Positions 1 to 13,457 of a stretch of DNA of 64,000 bases are shown piece by piece. The position numbers and the translations under genes were made by a program. Position 1 is the first letter of the stretch. The number at the start of each line of letters is the position of its first letter. This stretch comes from Klebsormidium nitens. Lineage: Eukaryota > Plantae > Klebsormidiophyceae. The stretch is taken from assembly GCA_000708835.1 (NCBI GenBank), contig DF237077.1, positions 1 through 64,000 on the forward strand. The letters are read 5' to 3'. The notes below the pieces were generated by a model. The model saw only the letters and a list, made by a program, of their open reading frames with translations. It was not told the DNA's origin and did not search any database.

Positions 1-343
1 TAAATATGCAGGCATGACACTTGCAAGACCGCACTGATACATATCATAGTGAAACGGCAATTAGCGCAAGCTGAAGAATCGTCCAAATATGCTACATGAA
101 AAATCAACGGTCTTTGAAATCGTTGCCCTGCAAGCCCGGCGAAATTCCACTATTTGGAGCTACAAGGGCGCCCAGCACGATTCGTGCCCGTAACAAAATG
201 AGCAAGCGTGCACTGCATACAATGGAGCCGCCCAATTTGCAGCTTAATGTGAAAGATGTGGCAGCACAAGAACAGGTACAGCAAATCGGTTTTACCAAGC
301 TGCCCCTTTCCTTTCGAGGAAGCCAGAACTGTTACGCAGTCAG

Positions 344-3124
344 CTATGATAGCTCTGCGGCTTGTTCGTCTTCAAGTAATGCTAATTCGCTTTCAAACTC
401 GGCATCTGTCCTGATCTTCCCGCACATGTTGCACTCCATTGCTTCAGCAGGGTCGTACTTGCCCTTCCCGCTTTGGACTCCGGTCCATCTACCTTCAAGT
501 GGCGCCATTGTGCCACCGCAATCCTCGTCCGGACACAAGTACTTAACAAAGAAAATTGCGTGCTGGAAGTCATCTTGCCCCGCAGTCTCACCTCCCAAAG
601 GCCCTCCTTCCTCGCTCTCGCTACCAATTCCAACGTCCCCCAACGCTCTTCTCTCCGGTTCTTCGCTGGACTCGCCCCGTCCTTCCGCTTCCACAACTTT
701 GGCCTTCCCCTTCGACAACCCCGTCCCAACGATTTCCAACTCCGTTACACCCGCATCTCCCCCCTCCGTTTCCTCATCGTCCCCTTCCCCGTCTTCGTCC
801 TCGTCCGACCACGCCTGCTCCGTCAGGCACCGCTGGCACGTGCACGTAAACCCGTACTCCTCCGCGAGCCGCTCTTGCCGCAGCTCGTACGGCCACGAGA
901 CAGGGAAGTAGCTCTGGCAAATCTCTTCTCCCGCGGGGATGTCGTGCAGAGCGCGGAGGAAGACGTCCGTGTTGCGGTCACCGGGCTTGTCAAAGTAGTC
1001 AAACCTGCATTCGACAAGCAAAATGTGAGGCAGGGCCATCAGGAATTTGGCCGCCAGTTTGACGCTTCAACTCCGTGGGATTCTATTCAACTGGTTGCCA
1101 CAGAAGGGGAAATGCCAAACGAATCCGTCAATGCTGAAACACCTATCTTTGCTGCGGAGTTGTCGAAGACTTTTTCCAAATACCCAACAAGCCAAACGAA
1201 ACGCTATATCAAAAACACTCCAATTTTTAACCTTCGAGAGTAGCACCTCTGCCGACTATCATTACCAGATAAAAATTTCAAAGGCGTCGGTTACTGTTCC
1301 TTGCGGCCTTGCGGCACCCTGTTCTGCAGTAACGTACAAGTGCCAGGCGACCAAAAACCATGACAAAGATTGACTTCGTGACTCAGCGCACAGGACGACT
1401 GCCCCTCTTAAAAGCATCTCTTCACCTCTGCTTGCCCTTCTCACAATTTCACGATTTCTCAGACACAAAGGTTGATCTGCGCCATTCATGTCTTGGTGAA
1501 AGGAAGCCACAATCCGGCCTTCGAAAGAGCTCCAGCCGAAAAGGTCAGGTTTCTTATATGCATGTCGAAAGGTGAACTGTTCACCACCATGATTGAGGTC
1601 TTAAAAGTATGCTTTTGGGCTTTCAAACGACACTTGGTGTCGCACATCAAGCCAAATTCAGAAAGAGGCAGGATACTGAGGCTTACCGCGCCACATTAGG
1701 CAGACAGTTGTGGTTGATTAGCGCTGCTCTCATGTATGTGCCGCTCGCTCGGAGGCGCCGTTCGCCCTCTGGGCCGTTGGGCGCCATGATCCCGTAACTG
1801 TTGCGCTGGTCTTTGCACAACAAGAGGGACACCGTCTCCTGGTCGAAAGCTTCTACCTTTTCCCCCCTTTCTGCAACCGCCTCCTTCAAGAACGCGTACA
1901 ATGCCCCGGAGCCACTTCCTGTCTCTGACGGCTCCCCATCAAGACGAAGTAATGCATCAAACGGCTGTCTAATAGGTGTGTCAGGATTAGCCCGCTTTGT
2001 GTTTACCCCACTACTGCTTGCGACCTTCGTATCACCCCCTTCTGGTTTGTTCTCAAGCTCGACCACAGGCTGTGTTGAAGCTTTGAGATCGACCGCTGCC
2101 GCCAGAAAGCGGGCTTGATTCTTCTCATCGCTGCTAAGGGTCGAGCCTCCCAACTTCGAAAGGATCCGGCAGACAAGAGGCGAATGACCAGACGCGCTTG
2201 CTTTCTGCCTACACTCTGTGCCACAGAACCAGACCTCGCTGCAGCTTTCGCAGTGAACTTGGAACGGCTCCCCCAAATCATTGAACGACACATCATTTTC
2301 ATCAATTGCTAATCCCGAAGTTTCTGCGCCCGTCTCAGGACCACCATGCCCAGTTTCTAACTGTTCATTTCCGACGGTCTCCCGAGGCAGCTGCGCCTCA
2401 GGTGCCCGGTCAAGCCTGACGCTCGTGGACATCCTAAAGCAGTGGGAGCAGCAGTAGGCTTTGGCTTGTTCGTCCACCACCAGCAGGAGAGGGGGGTCAC
2501 ACAGCACAGTCTCACCGCCTGACATTGACAAGAAAAGATGGCCCGGGTCATCAGATGCCTGACTACAAGCGCGACTCTTTGTATATCTTCTAGGCAAGCA
2601 ATCCGTACCTTCATTGCCTTCAAATTGCAGAGACCATTCAGAAGGCTCCCAAGGAGAAAAATATTGGATCCTGAGCGCATCAATATGCTGGTGAAAGTGT
2701 CTTGGTAGTTGTGTTGCTTTAGCGAACCATCAGCGTTCACATCTTTTCCAGGAGTTCCTCGAAACTTCTATTGACCATCTACACAGTGAACTGGCGGTGA
2801 ACCTCTCCGATAAAAATGGTGGTGTAAAAGCAGGGGCACTGGTTGCCACCCATGCTCAAAGATACTCGATGATACTCAATACTAGTGCAAGATTCCTACT
2901 TGAGCAAGATGCCGCATTCATAGGACACTTCAGCACACTGGCTCGTGGCATTGAATTTTGCATGCCTATACTCAGGTTTTCCAAACAAATCATCCGACAG
3001 TGATGGAGAGGCTTCAGAAGTTGCCACTACAAGTGAATGCTCGCTGACCTAAGATTTGGCGGGCTGCTACGAGGCCTCGTCCCTTCCCTGGGATATCCAC
3101 AACTTCGAAGCAGTGGTTCTCCAT
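344..3124 (-). CDS. ASHR2: SET-domain protein-lysine methyltransferase with split MYND finger (ASHR2/SDG39-like), 3 exons: 3049-3124, 1687-2518, 344-1004
   Basis: Exon 1 reads MENHCFEVVDIPGKGRGLVAARQIL (SET N-part). Exon 2 has YCCSHCFR...HCESCSEVWFCGTECR..GHSPLVC and ends RAALINHNCLPNVAR (NHxCxPN motif). Exon 3 has EEICQSY...YGFTCTCQRC (post-SET) and a C-terminal FFVKYLCPDEDCGGTMAPL...MECNMCG, as remembered for plant ASHR2. GT/AG sites are phase-compatible. Confidence 0.9.
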
Positions 3125-3929
3125 CGGAAAGTTTCCCATCCGTTTGGAAGTCTACTGCAAATGCATCCGGTGTCTGCTGAACGGTGGGGATGCAGCAAAT
3201 GCTGTCAGCTCTATGAATGTTCGGATTGGCTCCCAATCAGACAATCCAGGTAAGAACGTCAGGGACCAGCTAGAATAGCGCCCTTGATTTCCACCAGCAA
3301 CACTCCTGCAGTGCGGCTTTTGGCGCTGGGCCAGCTTCCTGCGAATCTTCAACTTCAAGAAGAATGAATGAAAGTGTGCGCCGCGTGCTAGCGCGCAAGT
3401 AGGCATGTTGAACGGCAGCGAGGTTAACCGAGCGGTTTAGAATGGTACCTATTACTATTAGCGGGTTTTCCTTACCAGCTGATCTCTCGTGAAGCTGGCC
3501 ACTCATCTCGCAAAGGTCACTCTCTGACTCTGAGTCTCTCTGACTCTGATCAGGGCGGCTCATGCAGGGAGCGGTCAGTTTGCATTTCAAGCAGAGGATG
3601 CCCTGAACGCCTGATTTGATAATCTTATGGAACCGTCCTCCCACCAATGGTGTCCGAGTGAACCATTGAAACCCTGGAACCGCGTGCATTAAGTAGGCCC
3701 CTAATCTGCATAGGACATTGCCCGAACATTGTTTGAGCAAAGCGGAACAACATTGACCTCGTTCAGCTAATTGTGAGGCCCATTAGTGTTCCAGGTTGCA
3801 ATTGTTTGCAGCTGCAAGGCAATTGAGCTGGATGGGGATCGAGATCTAGGGTTTGTTTTGGCGCCGCTAGCGTATTTAAGTGGCGCAGCAAGAGCTCTCT
3901 CTTTGGTTCTGCCCGCTGAAGCAGCATCC

Positions 3930-6900
3930 ATGGATGTCAATCTTAAAGACGTTGGGAAGAAGTTCTTTCAGCAAGTCACTTCAGTAGGTCTCCCTCATGG
4001 AAGACCCAAGGTAAGAGCTCCAAACAGTTGACTTGTCAAACCAGGTTTTTCCATCTACCATGACGTTTGTGTACTGGTGAATAAGTGCAGCAACTTTCAG
4101 AATGTGCCAAGCTTGCAGGTCAACAGCTGGTTCACGTGATGAGCTTGCAACCATGGTTGTTGAGATCCTCTGAGGGGGTTTCGGAGGTTGAGGGATCTTC
4201 CGAAGTATTCCTATTTTAGGGTTTGTAGCATGGTTTGTGTACAGAAAGCAATCGGCGGTGGACCTGTACTGATAGCGTCAAGCTCACCTAAGTCACCCTC
4301 TATCGACCAAGAGGCTCATGTCATCTTTTGTGTCTGTGGTTTGGCAAGTCAGAATCAGCAAGACTTCAAATGCAGGCTTTGCGCTTGACTGACTTTGTAC
4401 AGCTGTCATCTGGACTTGACAGCTGGCCAAAGTCCTGACACGCATCGGCTGATTGCCCAGGTCCCAAAAAGCGCGCTCGCTGCTGCTGCGTTGGCAGAGA
4501 GGGTCATGGCCACACCCCCCCATGAGAAGCTCGCACTGACTGAGCCTCCTTCAGAGTATTCTTCCAAGCCAGACATGGCTGCGGCAGCAGGAGCTCGTCC
4601 TAGGGGGCATAAACCGGAGGAGCTGGATGCTAACTTCTATGAAAAGGTGCGTCAAACAAGATCAGGTACTACTTTCACTTTCGAAACCCGCCCCAATAGT
4701 GGTGTGTTAGGCAGCTGGTGCTTGGCTACAGTTCATCGTACCAGACGCCACTCAACGTTCTTGGAAAGGAATATGCCCAAACTCTTGCGGTTAGGAACCA
4801 GCGGCTGCTGACGGGTGGGTTTATAGGATTCCGTCCGCTAGAAGATTAACGCACCTGTTCTGCGCTTAATGCAGGACTTTGACCCAATTCTTGCACTCCT
4901 GCAAGAGTTGCCGTCGGAAGGGCCTGATTCAGGCTACTTCCGAGAGCGAGTCAAGAAGCGGATGGATCAATTAGACGTGGTCAATGAGCACCTGTCGAAG
5001 CAGGTCAGTAGTTCCGTTCTGCCTCAGAAGGTGCATATGCACATTCCAATCATTGATGCAGCATGTCCAGATTGCTGAGAAGATCTCAGGAAGTTGCAAC
5101 CGGGCCTGATTCATATCATTGCGATCAGACACCTTGAGATCTTTTTGCAGGTGATGAGGCACCATGACGAGATGGTGCAAGGGATGTCTCTAGTGGGCGA
5201 GCTGGAACGCGACTTGCAGGTCGCAAAGATCATCAGCAAGGTTAGAGGATAGCTGCTCAATCCCCAAGCTTCAATATTTTGGGATACAGCCCCACCAATG
5301 CCCCCATTTGTTCTCAGACGTATTAGTTCATGGGCGCGAGTACCCTTCAATGCCAGGTGTCGAGATTCATTCTCGTCTGCTGAATGCAGGGCAGTTTTGA
5401 AGTCCATTCCTGTTTGTGCGCTGCAGAACGGGCGGCGCTCGCTGTCGTCGGCGATGAAGGAGGTGAACTCGGACCTGGTGGTGACGGCCAACGTGAAGCG
5501 GAAGCAGATCCTGCTGGACATGCTGCCCATCCTGCTGCGCATGCAGAGCATCACCGACATCAAGGCCAGGCTGCAGGGCACGATCGACGAGGGGAACTAC
5601 GCAAAAGCACTGCGCATGTGCTCGGAGTGCCTGGTTGTGATCGATGCCTGCAAGGTACGGTCACACTCCTTGCCAATGACACGTCGAGGGCGGGGAGAAC
5701 TTCCTGGTTCGGTTCGTTTTGATGATACAAGCTACTTGCGACTTCAACTGCTTTGTAAGTGGTTTCGATCAACGAGGTACTTCTGGACGCGTACCCTTTT
5801 ATACCTCTAGAAGGTCGAGATTTTAGAAAGTTGAGATTCGTGTATCTGACTTCGAAGTCTGACTGCTGCAGGAACTCACTGCGATCCAGGACATGACGGA
5901 CAGCATCGAGGACGCCTTGAAGATCACGGTGGAGAAGGTGGACGCCGCGCTTATGGAGGCGTGCAAGAGCTTTGACACCAAAGCGTATGCCAAGGTACGT
6001 TTCCACAGCACTTCGGACAAGGCCGGTCGAAAAGGTTTTCTAGTAGACGACTTGATCTACAGATTTGTTCTGCACAGATGTACACGTTCACAACGCGCAT
6101 TTTGAGCGTAGTGAGCTGAGTTCTCCGAACTCCGTGCAGGTTGTGGATGCGTATGCGGTCATGGACGACCCGACGACCTTGTCAGACAAGATCCAGACAT
6201 ACTTCGCCCAGCACATCGTGTCAATCACGCACGACGTGCTCAAGAGCTACGTCTTCCTGCCGGACCCCAATCAGGAACCGGAGGATCCTGCATCTATCGC
6301 CAAGAAAGCCAGGTGCGCCGCCTGGGGACATGTCTCGATCCGTGTTCTCGTGCTCGTTGCCGGAAGTGAACCGGAAGTGAAAATTCCGAGATTTTAGTCT
6401 CGAGCTTCGAAAAATGACGTGGTTTGCCGTCTGCCAAGCATCGTGGTAGGGCCGTCATTGCCCCACTAAAAGTACACAGAGTGATTGTAAGGGAAGCAGA
6501 TTGTATGCTCCCTCTTTGGCGTGGTGCTTACTTTGCGTCGTCGGACTTTACAGGCTCCCTTACAATGACCTCAGCGCCCAATTGACCGAGCCCCAGTTCC
6601 GGTCGTGCCTCCAGAAAACGCTGGAAGTCCTGTACGACCTGCTGTGCACGTACCAACAGATGATTACTTGGCAACACCCCAAGGTGAGGCATACCCGTCG
6701 TACCATGAGTGCTGAAGTCAATCAGTGCTTCTACAAGGCTTCCTAATCCAGCTTAAGAAAGCGGTCTGGTTTTGGACGTTGAAAGACGTCTTCGCCACAT
6801 TCACAAATGAGGCAAGCCGTATGGTCGCTACTTATACATTTCCGTAATATACCAATGGGGTCTTAGGACGCCTTGGCAATCCTATCGAGTCGCTCAAGGT

Positions 6901-9900
6901 TGCCTCTTTATTGCAGCTTGTCGAACAAGCAGACGGCCGTCCTTCGCTTCTCAACGGCAAGGGCCACCGGCGCCAGGGCAGTGCCGGCACCCTCTCGCCC
7001 CCACGGGAGCATCCCTCCAGTCCCCCCTCAGACCCGGAAAGACAAAACCGGGGCAAAGAGGCGTCCACCAGCCAGTCTTCGGGCCATCTTGACGATCTTC
7101 ACTCAGGCCGGCCAGACTCCCCGTCGAGGCATGGAAGCATCCTGGGAGAAAACTCGACGTTGGCAAAGCGGTCGGGGAGTGCGGGCTCGCTGGAGGAAGC
7201 GAACGGGGTGACCGACGCAGACGGGCATGCGGCGTTGCCTGCGGTTACGGGGGGGGTGCCGAACCAGCTGCGACGACAGACGACGGAGGGGGTCAGGAAG
7301 GCACTGGAGCGGGGCAGGAAAACGGTGAGGGCCATTTGTTAGGTTCGAACAAGCCTGGATATCCGTTAAGTGACACAGACATGCAACAGAGGCTCTCTTT
7401 TGACGAAATCCTCTCATGAGTAGATCTTAAAAGGCGCATCCGTCTTGACCTTTGCTTCTCTACAGTGCCCAATTACTGTTTAACGTCGGGCCGGTTTTAT
7501 TGCCGCAAGTAGATGATACACGATCCATCCATAACTATCTGCAAGCATTTCCAGGTATGGGAGCTGGCCGCCCGGCGCGTGGCGGCGCTGCTGTCAGCGG
7601 ACGCGGTGTGCAGCTCCACGCCACACCATTTCTTGCAAAGCCTGGACTGGACCAACAAATTCATTCTCGCGGGCGAGGCCTTCAGCGGGACGGAAGCACA
7701 CGGGTTGCGAGCGAGGGTGTCGAAGCAGAGCGAAAAGTACTTCAAAACGTTCCACCGGCAAAACCTTGAGGTCAGGATTGAGCCTCGAACCGTGTGCGGT
7801 CTTGATCTGCCTTCAGCCGCTTCGCTCTTGTACAAGCTGGCAGTTATTGAACTAACGTTGCTTGCTCACGGATGCAGCGCTCGTTGGAATTCCCGTGCAC
7901 GCCTCTCCTCACTCATGCGAGCTGAAACGTGACCATCTGGCCGCTTTTGGTCTTTCGAATCTGCTTTCTCAGATGCATTTTGTGTTCGAGGAATGTGGCA
8001 TCACAGCTACACTTTGGAGGACTGAGTGGTCTCGATGGCTCTTCTTCACTTGAAGCATTCCAGGATGCCTTTACCCACACATGTTTTGCCCCCCAGGTCC
8101 TGCGCATGGTCCTCGAGAAGGAGCAGTGGAACCGCCTCCCCCAGTCGGCCCTGAAAGCCGTCAGCCTGGCTGGCCTCACCGGGGGTGGCGGCCAGGCCCC
8201 GCCCGCACCCGGCTCCTTTTCTACTGACCACAGCAAAACAGACTCGCCGCCGCACGGAAACGCCACAGCCTCCGAGGCCGGAGGCAATCCTGCGGAAAAC
8301 GGTCACGTGCGCACGTTCGCTGAGTGGATGGTTGCGGGGAACCCGTTTGCGGTCATCAGGCGAGATGGCTCGATAGGGGGCGCACAGTTGGAGCGGAGCG
8401 CGGCTGCGGCGCTGACGCCACGGCTGTCGAACGGGGACGCAGCAGGTGAGGTTTGCCGCTTCCTTCTGGCTCGGCTCGTCTTTGCACCTCAGTCTCCAGG
8501 CAAATGCTCCGAGGGCGGAGTCGTACACGAGAATAGGCCAGCGCTGCGCGTAGGAGTTCAACCCTTGCCTTGACACGTACTTCTTCTTTGTTGTTTCTAA
8601 AGGCGGCCATCCCTTTCTGACCTCGAAGTTCGCCCCCAATGTGAAGAAACAGCGATCCGCGCCTACGAGAAACAAATTGCGAGATTAGACCGACCCAAAG
8701 GAACACTTGCCCTCTGCAGTTAGCAGTCAGCACGCGTCTGCTGCTTCCCCGATCGCTTCTAAGCACGGCGATACGCCCCCAGTTTCAAAAGACAGAGCGA
8801 CTCCACAGAGTCTTCGACACAGACTGACCTGAAGAACCACTTGTTCTCTGCAGGGAGCAGTCAGCATACATCTGGCGCTTCCCCTGGGTTGTTTCTGAGC
8901 GCAGCGATACGCCCCTAGTCTCGAAGAAAGAGCGATTCAGTCTCAAGAAAGAAATTTGCGAAGACGAACTGTTGAAAAGGAACATTTGTCATCTGCAGTG
9001 AGCAGCCAGCACGCGTCTGCCGCGCCCGGCGCCGCGTCCCCTGCTCATACGGACGACGAAGATGAGGACGTGAACGAGGAGCTGCTGGCGGATTACATCG
9101 ACGAGGACTCGCAGCGGCCGTCCGCGCGTGCGGCCCGGCGGTCGTCGGGACCGGGGAAGCCGGGGCGGCGAATATCGGATGACGGGGAGGAGGGGCCCTG
9201 CTTGACGGGGAGCTCCATTAGCGTGTTGCGGTGGGTTAGAGTCTGCTTCTCACAGGGTGCTTGTGCTTCTCCAATTGAACAGGCGAACTTGTGCGGATGT
9301 GGGTACCCCCGCTCTGAATCCTGATTGTGAAATAAAAGGTCAGCGCCCCAGGCAAGACTTTGACACATTTTTGAGTTGCGGGATGGTTGCCTCCAGGGGG
9401 AGCCCAGGTCTTGGTTTCGGCGTTTGCAAGGGATCGTCCTTGCTGGCCTAACGTCTGCTTTGTATGTTTTGTTTTCACTGACCTACACGGAAAACGAGGT
9501 CAAATGACGGTAGATCCTAAAATATAAACAGCGACACAAAAACGCTTCTTATTGTCTGGGTATGAGAGGAAAGTCTGGTTGCATGTCGAGCTTCTGGACC
9601 CCAGAATTCCACACAGAAGCAACAATCCAAGAATGCAAAGAGACTGCAAAGACTGTGCACTTTTCAAAGGAGCCTCTCATCAAATGGAATGCAAGAGTTT
9701 TTGAGCGTTAATTTAGGAATCCATAGATCAGGCAACACGTGCTCTTGTGTGCAAGAATGGTGTTGCACGCGGATGGGATTGGATGAGGCAAACGGGCTGG
9801 ATGTAACCCTCAAGATTGTTTCTTGCAGGTACATGGATAAGTATGCTCGGCTGATGCAGATCCTACAGCCCATCTCGGTGGAGGTTTTCAAGGGCATGTG

Positions 9901-12900
9901 CCAGCTGTTCGAGCTGTACATATTCACCTTGTTCCGGCTCTTCGGGCAGAGGGAGGCGTTCCAGACGCAGAAGGCCGGCGAATCATCCTCTTGTAAGTTC
10001 TCGTCAGCGCTGCGTTACTCAGTCAGATTTTCGGTGGGGACCTATGTCAGCTTTCATGAGTTTCGTTGCGGATTCTCAGCAGCTGTTCTCTTCATGGGTA
10101 TGGAGACTCTTACAAGCTTCCACGGCTCGCCCGGGATCTGCGAACGTCTTTTGGCGTTTGCAATTGACCTTCGCAGGCCGCGGACAAAAGCTATCGGGAC
10201 TTAGTAGATCCCCAGTCATCAAAGGCCGTGATCGAGCTTCTTCTGCCGGGCTTTCATCTGTTCCATGACGAATGTCGCTGTCGTCAGCAGTGTTTAGCGG
10301 ACCACCCTGATGCGCTTTTTGAAGCGCCGCTGGCGTTTCCATCCGGTCTCAAGTGGCCACTGACGCAAGTTACTCAGTTAAGCGCTCCCCTGTCACTTCA
10401 GCAGCTGTGCTCTTGTTCCTTTGCTGACGTCATTCGGTGTCGTCCGCAGTGTTGACCTCATGGCTGCGGTCCACCCTGGTTCACTTTTTGATTACCGCCG
10501 GCGTTTCCATCCTTTTTGGACTGGCCGCTGACAAAACTCCCTCAGTTTCAAGCAATCCCCAGGCTTTCAGAAGGCGTGCTCTTGTTCCTTTGCTGACGTC
10601 ATTCGGTGTTGTCCGCAGTGTTGACCCTGCGGCTGGGTCCACCTTGGTGCGCACATTGTCAGCGCCACTGGTGTCTTGTATTCGCTCTCGACTGGCCGCT
10701 GACACTATTCACCGAGTTTCAAGGGATCCCCCGTCTCATCAGAAGCCGTGCTCTTGATCCTTCTTGACGACGTCCGCTTTTACCCCGCAGTGTTGACCCC
10801 GCGGCCGCGGTCCACCCTGGTCCGCTTTTCGATCACCGCGGGCGTCATCCGCTGACTAAGATTCAAGCAATGCGCCGTCGCTCAGAAGCCGTGCTCTTAT
10901 TCCTTTGCTGAAGTCATCCGGTTCTTCCGCGCAGTGTTGACCCCCCGGCTGCGGTCCACCCTGGTGCGCATCGCCCAGGGCCTGGAGGAGTTCCGCTCCA
11001 AGACGGCGGCGGCGTCTGCGTCTTCTGCAGCAGCAGCGGCTGTGGCAGCAGTGACCAGCGGCGCGCCCGGATCGCTCCTCGCGGACCTCGCGGCAGCGCC
11101 CACCGGGACCAAGTTCAGCCTGCAGGTCAGATACCTATCGGATTCAACACCTATAAGGAACTGATACCTATAAGGAAGTACCTGGGGCAACAACCTAACC
11201 AAAAACCCTAACCAACAAATATGACGCGCTCTGCACCCGAACCACCATACCAACCCCACCCTTTCGCCGGCCGTGTTTATAGCTCTTAGATCCTTATAAG
11301 TATTAAACTTCATTCTTATGCAGGTGAGGGGACGCCGCAAAACAAAGCTGGCACGGATGTTGTCATTCTGCGGTCGGGCCATTCTTTGCGGGAAAGGGGT
11401 TAAAGACTCCGTGGCCCACCGTTGGCGATCTTCGTTCTCGGCCGCTTGAGGCAAAGGGTCTAGCTCGACATTTGTGTAAGAAGTTAACAATTCTAGGGCG
11501 TAAGCAAAGCTCCCGTCTGCACAGGCGTCCTTCAAGGCCCGTCCATCATAGCGACTGGGATCTCAGCAGCCGTCACTAAATATGGAACCTCTCAAACATT
11601 TCGTCACAGCTTCAAGGTGATGGAAGTTCGCTCTCTTTTGTGCAGGAGCGTGTTGTAGCGGTCGAGTCCGTGCTGTTTCTGGCGGAGCAGTTCCGGCGGT
11701 CCCGGGGCCGCTTCCAGGCTCTCCTCCCACAGTCGTCCGCAGGCACGACAGAGCACTTCTATGCGCGCACCATTGACGCGGTCCCGGACCTGCGGGAGCA
11801 CATCTACAAGACGCTAGCGCGGCTGCTGCTCAATGTGCAAGCGTAAGCACAAGCATTGCTTTGGTGGTGAATTGCTGGTGACGTAAATTGTCTTCCTGCT
11901 TATGAGTTCGGGGACGATGCGACCAGTTGTTCGATGTCGTGTTCGGCCTCCTGTCAAGCTTAGCGAAAAGGAGCTGGATGAGGATCGGCATTCTGATCGC
12001 GCGGTGAAGGATCGTTTTCTGCTTTTCTTAACAGCCCTGCCGCTGCTTGCTTCTGTCATTACAGTTCAAAGTTTAGCAGTCTCAGAAGTTTGAAGATGTT
12101 TGCATTGCGTCACTAGCCAATCTGCAGTAGAAGCTCACGAATCTGCTAACAGCAGGCCGGGTTCAGAACCTCGCTGCTTGAACATTCGCGTGCCATAGGC
12201 GACGACCCAGTGTCGATTGCCCATGGGCCCAGGAGTCATATCTTGAGCAAGAGGCTGATGTCCTTTTTGTTGACTGGCAGGTACACGGACAAGATTGCGA
12301 ACGCGCGGTGGGAGTTGAAGGAGCTTGGCATGGAGCACAATGCGCACGTGGACCAGATCCTGTCGGACTACCGGCAGCTCACCATCAAGATCCCGCAAGC
12401 CAAGGTCTCAAAAGAGGTGAGGGCCGCGAGCGACGGCAAGTGCTCCAAGAATCGTGAGTATGCAGAATAGCGGCTGATTCTTCCCTACCTTCAGTCACTA
12501 CACGTGCTTTGTCTTCAAAGTCTGATCCCGGACACCACGTCCGCTTTGCAGATCACGTCGTGGCTTAGAAAAGCGGACCTGGAATTGCGTCATCAAGTGA
12601 CCTCCGAAAAATTTCTTAGTGAAATGCTTTCGCTTGTGGCGCTGTGACGGTGATTTTCCGTGGGCCCAGAACACTGTCCGCGACACTTTCGCTCCTGGTT
12701 CTCAGGTGCAAGAGCTGCTCTTCGAGTATGCCACGGACGGGATCGGGGAAGCGCTGGTCGAAGGCTTCAGCCGGGTGAAGCGGTGCACCAACGAGGGGCG
12801 GGCGTTGATGTCCCTGGACCTGCAAGTGCTCCTCAACGGGCTCCAAAACCTGTCTCCGACCAAAACGAAACCCAACATGCAAATAGTAGATAATTATATC

Positions 12901-13256
12901 AAGGTGAGGCCTTCGGAAAGATCTTAGGATCCTCATACACACATGCATGTTGAATTTGTCGCTGCAAACCGCTCTTGTTCTGTTTGTTTTGCACAAGATT
13001 ACTCCGTTTTGACATCCAATCAGCCCTCTTTCAGCCACGGCACAAAAGTGAAAAAGGCCAATACGTGTGTGCTTCTTCTCGATTGCAGGCGTTCTACGTT
13101 CCTGAAACCGAGTTCCTACATTGGGCGAGAACGCACCCAGAGTATAGCAAGGCACAGATCGTGGCCATTGTCAACCTCGTTGCGACAATGAACAACTGGA
13201 AACGGAAGACACGAGTTGACCTTGTTGAGAAGATTGAGTCTGGCGAACTTGGATGA
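3930..13256 (+). CDS. VPS50: VPS50/syndetin (EARP complex subunit, CCDC132-like), multi-exon
   Basis: First exon 3930-4010 (MDVNLKDVGKKFFQQVTSVGLPHGRPK) splices in phase to 4461 (VPKSALAAAALAERV). Later exons give EELDANFYEK, DFDPILALLQELP, NGRRSLSSAMKEVNSDLVVTANVKRKQILLDMLPIL and the C-terminal EGFSRVKRCTNEGRALMSLDLQVL typical of syndetin. Stop at 13254-13256. Confidence 0.9.
8640..9030 (+). repeat. Three degenerate tandem copies (~135-145 bp period) of an intron 3' end plus VPS50 exon start
   Basis: tctgcagttagcagtcagcacgcgtctgc (~8713), tctgcagggagcagtcagcatacatctgg (~8848) and tctgcagtgagcagccagcacgcgtctgc (~8992, the functional acceptor), with shared intervening words such as gcgatacgcccc. 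Confidence 0.8.
10280..10975 (+). repeat. Four to five degenerate tandem copies (~145-175 bp) of an intron 3' end plus VPS50 exon start
   Basis: (c)gcagtgttgacc...gcggtccaccctggt recurs at ~10445, ~10614, ~10787 and ~10930 (the real exon, VLTPRLRSTLVRIAQG), with a weaker copy at ~10285. The unit also repeats gtgctcttgttcctttgctgacgtcattcgg. Confidence 0.9.
11185..11275 (+). repeat. Dispersed ~80-100 bp repeat, most diverged copy, in a VPS50 intron
   Basis: aaaaaccctaaccaacaaatatgacgcgctctgcacccgaaccaccataccaacccc resembles the copies at 35.7, 52.9 and 63.8 kb. Confidence 0.45.
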
Positions 13257-13457
13257 AAAGCAGACTAAACGAGGGGAGCTTTAAAGACGTGCAAGGTTCT
13301 CCATCCATCTTAAGCAATCTGGAAACGATTAACTTGATCATGCATGTAAGCTGCGCTGTAATGAATGCTCGTTTGGGCAAGGCTGGCCTTCGTTGTTTGT
13401 GCGCACCATCGAATGCAGGAATGTAAATACGTGAGTATCTTGGGTTTGATAGTACCT

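Noticed and set aside
96-1243. Long + strand ORFs 96-911 and 473-1243
   Set aside because: Antisense shadows of the GC-rich last exon of the SET gene, Ser/Pro-rich with no motifs.
8640-10975. Repeat-spacer-like periodicity suggesting a CRISPR array
   Set aside because: The units are long degenerate tandem duplications of splice junctions in a eukaryotic gene, with no conserved short repeats, unique spacers or cas genes.
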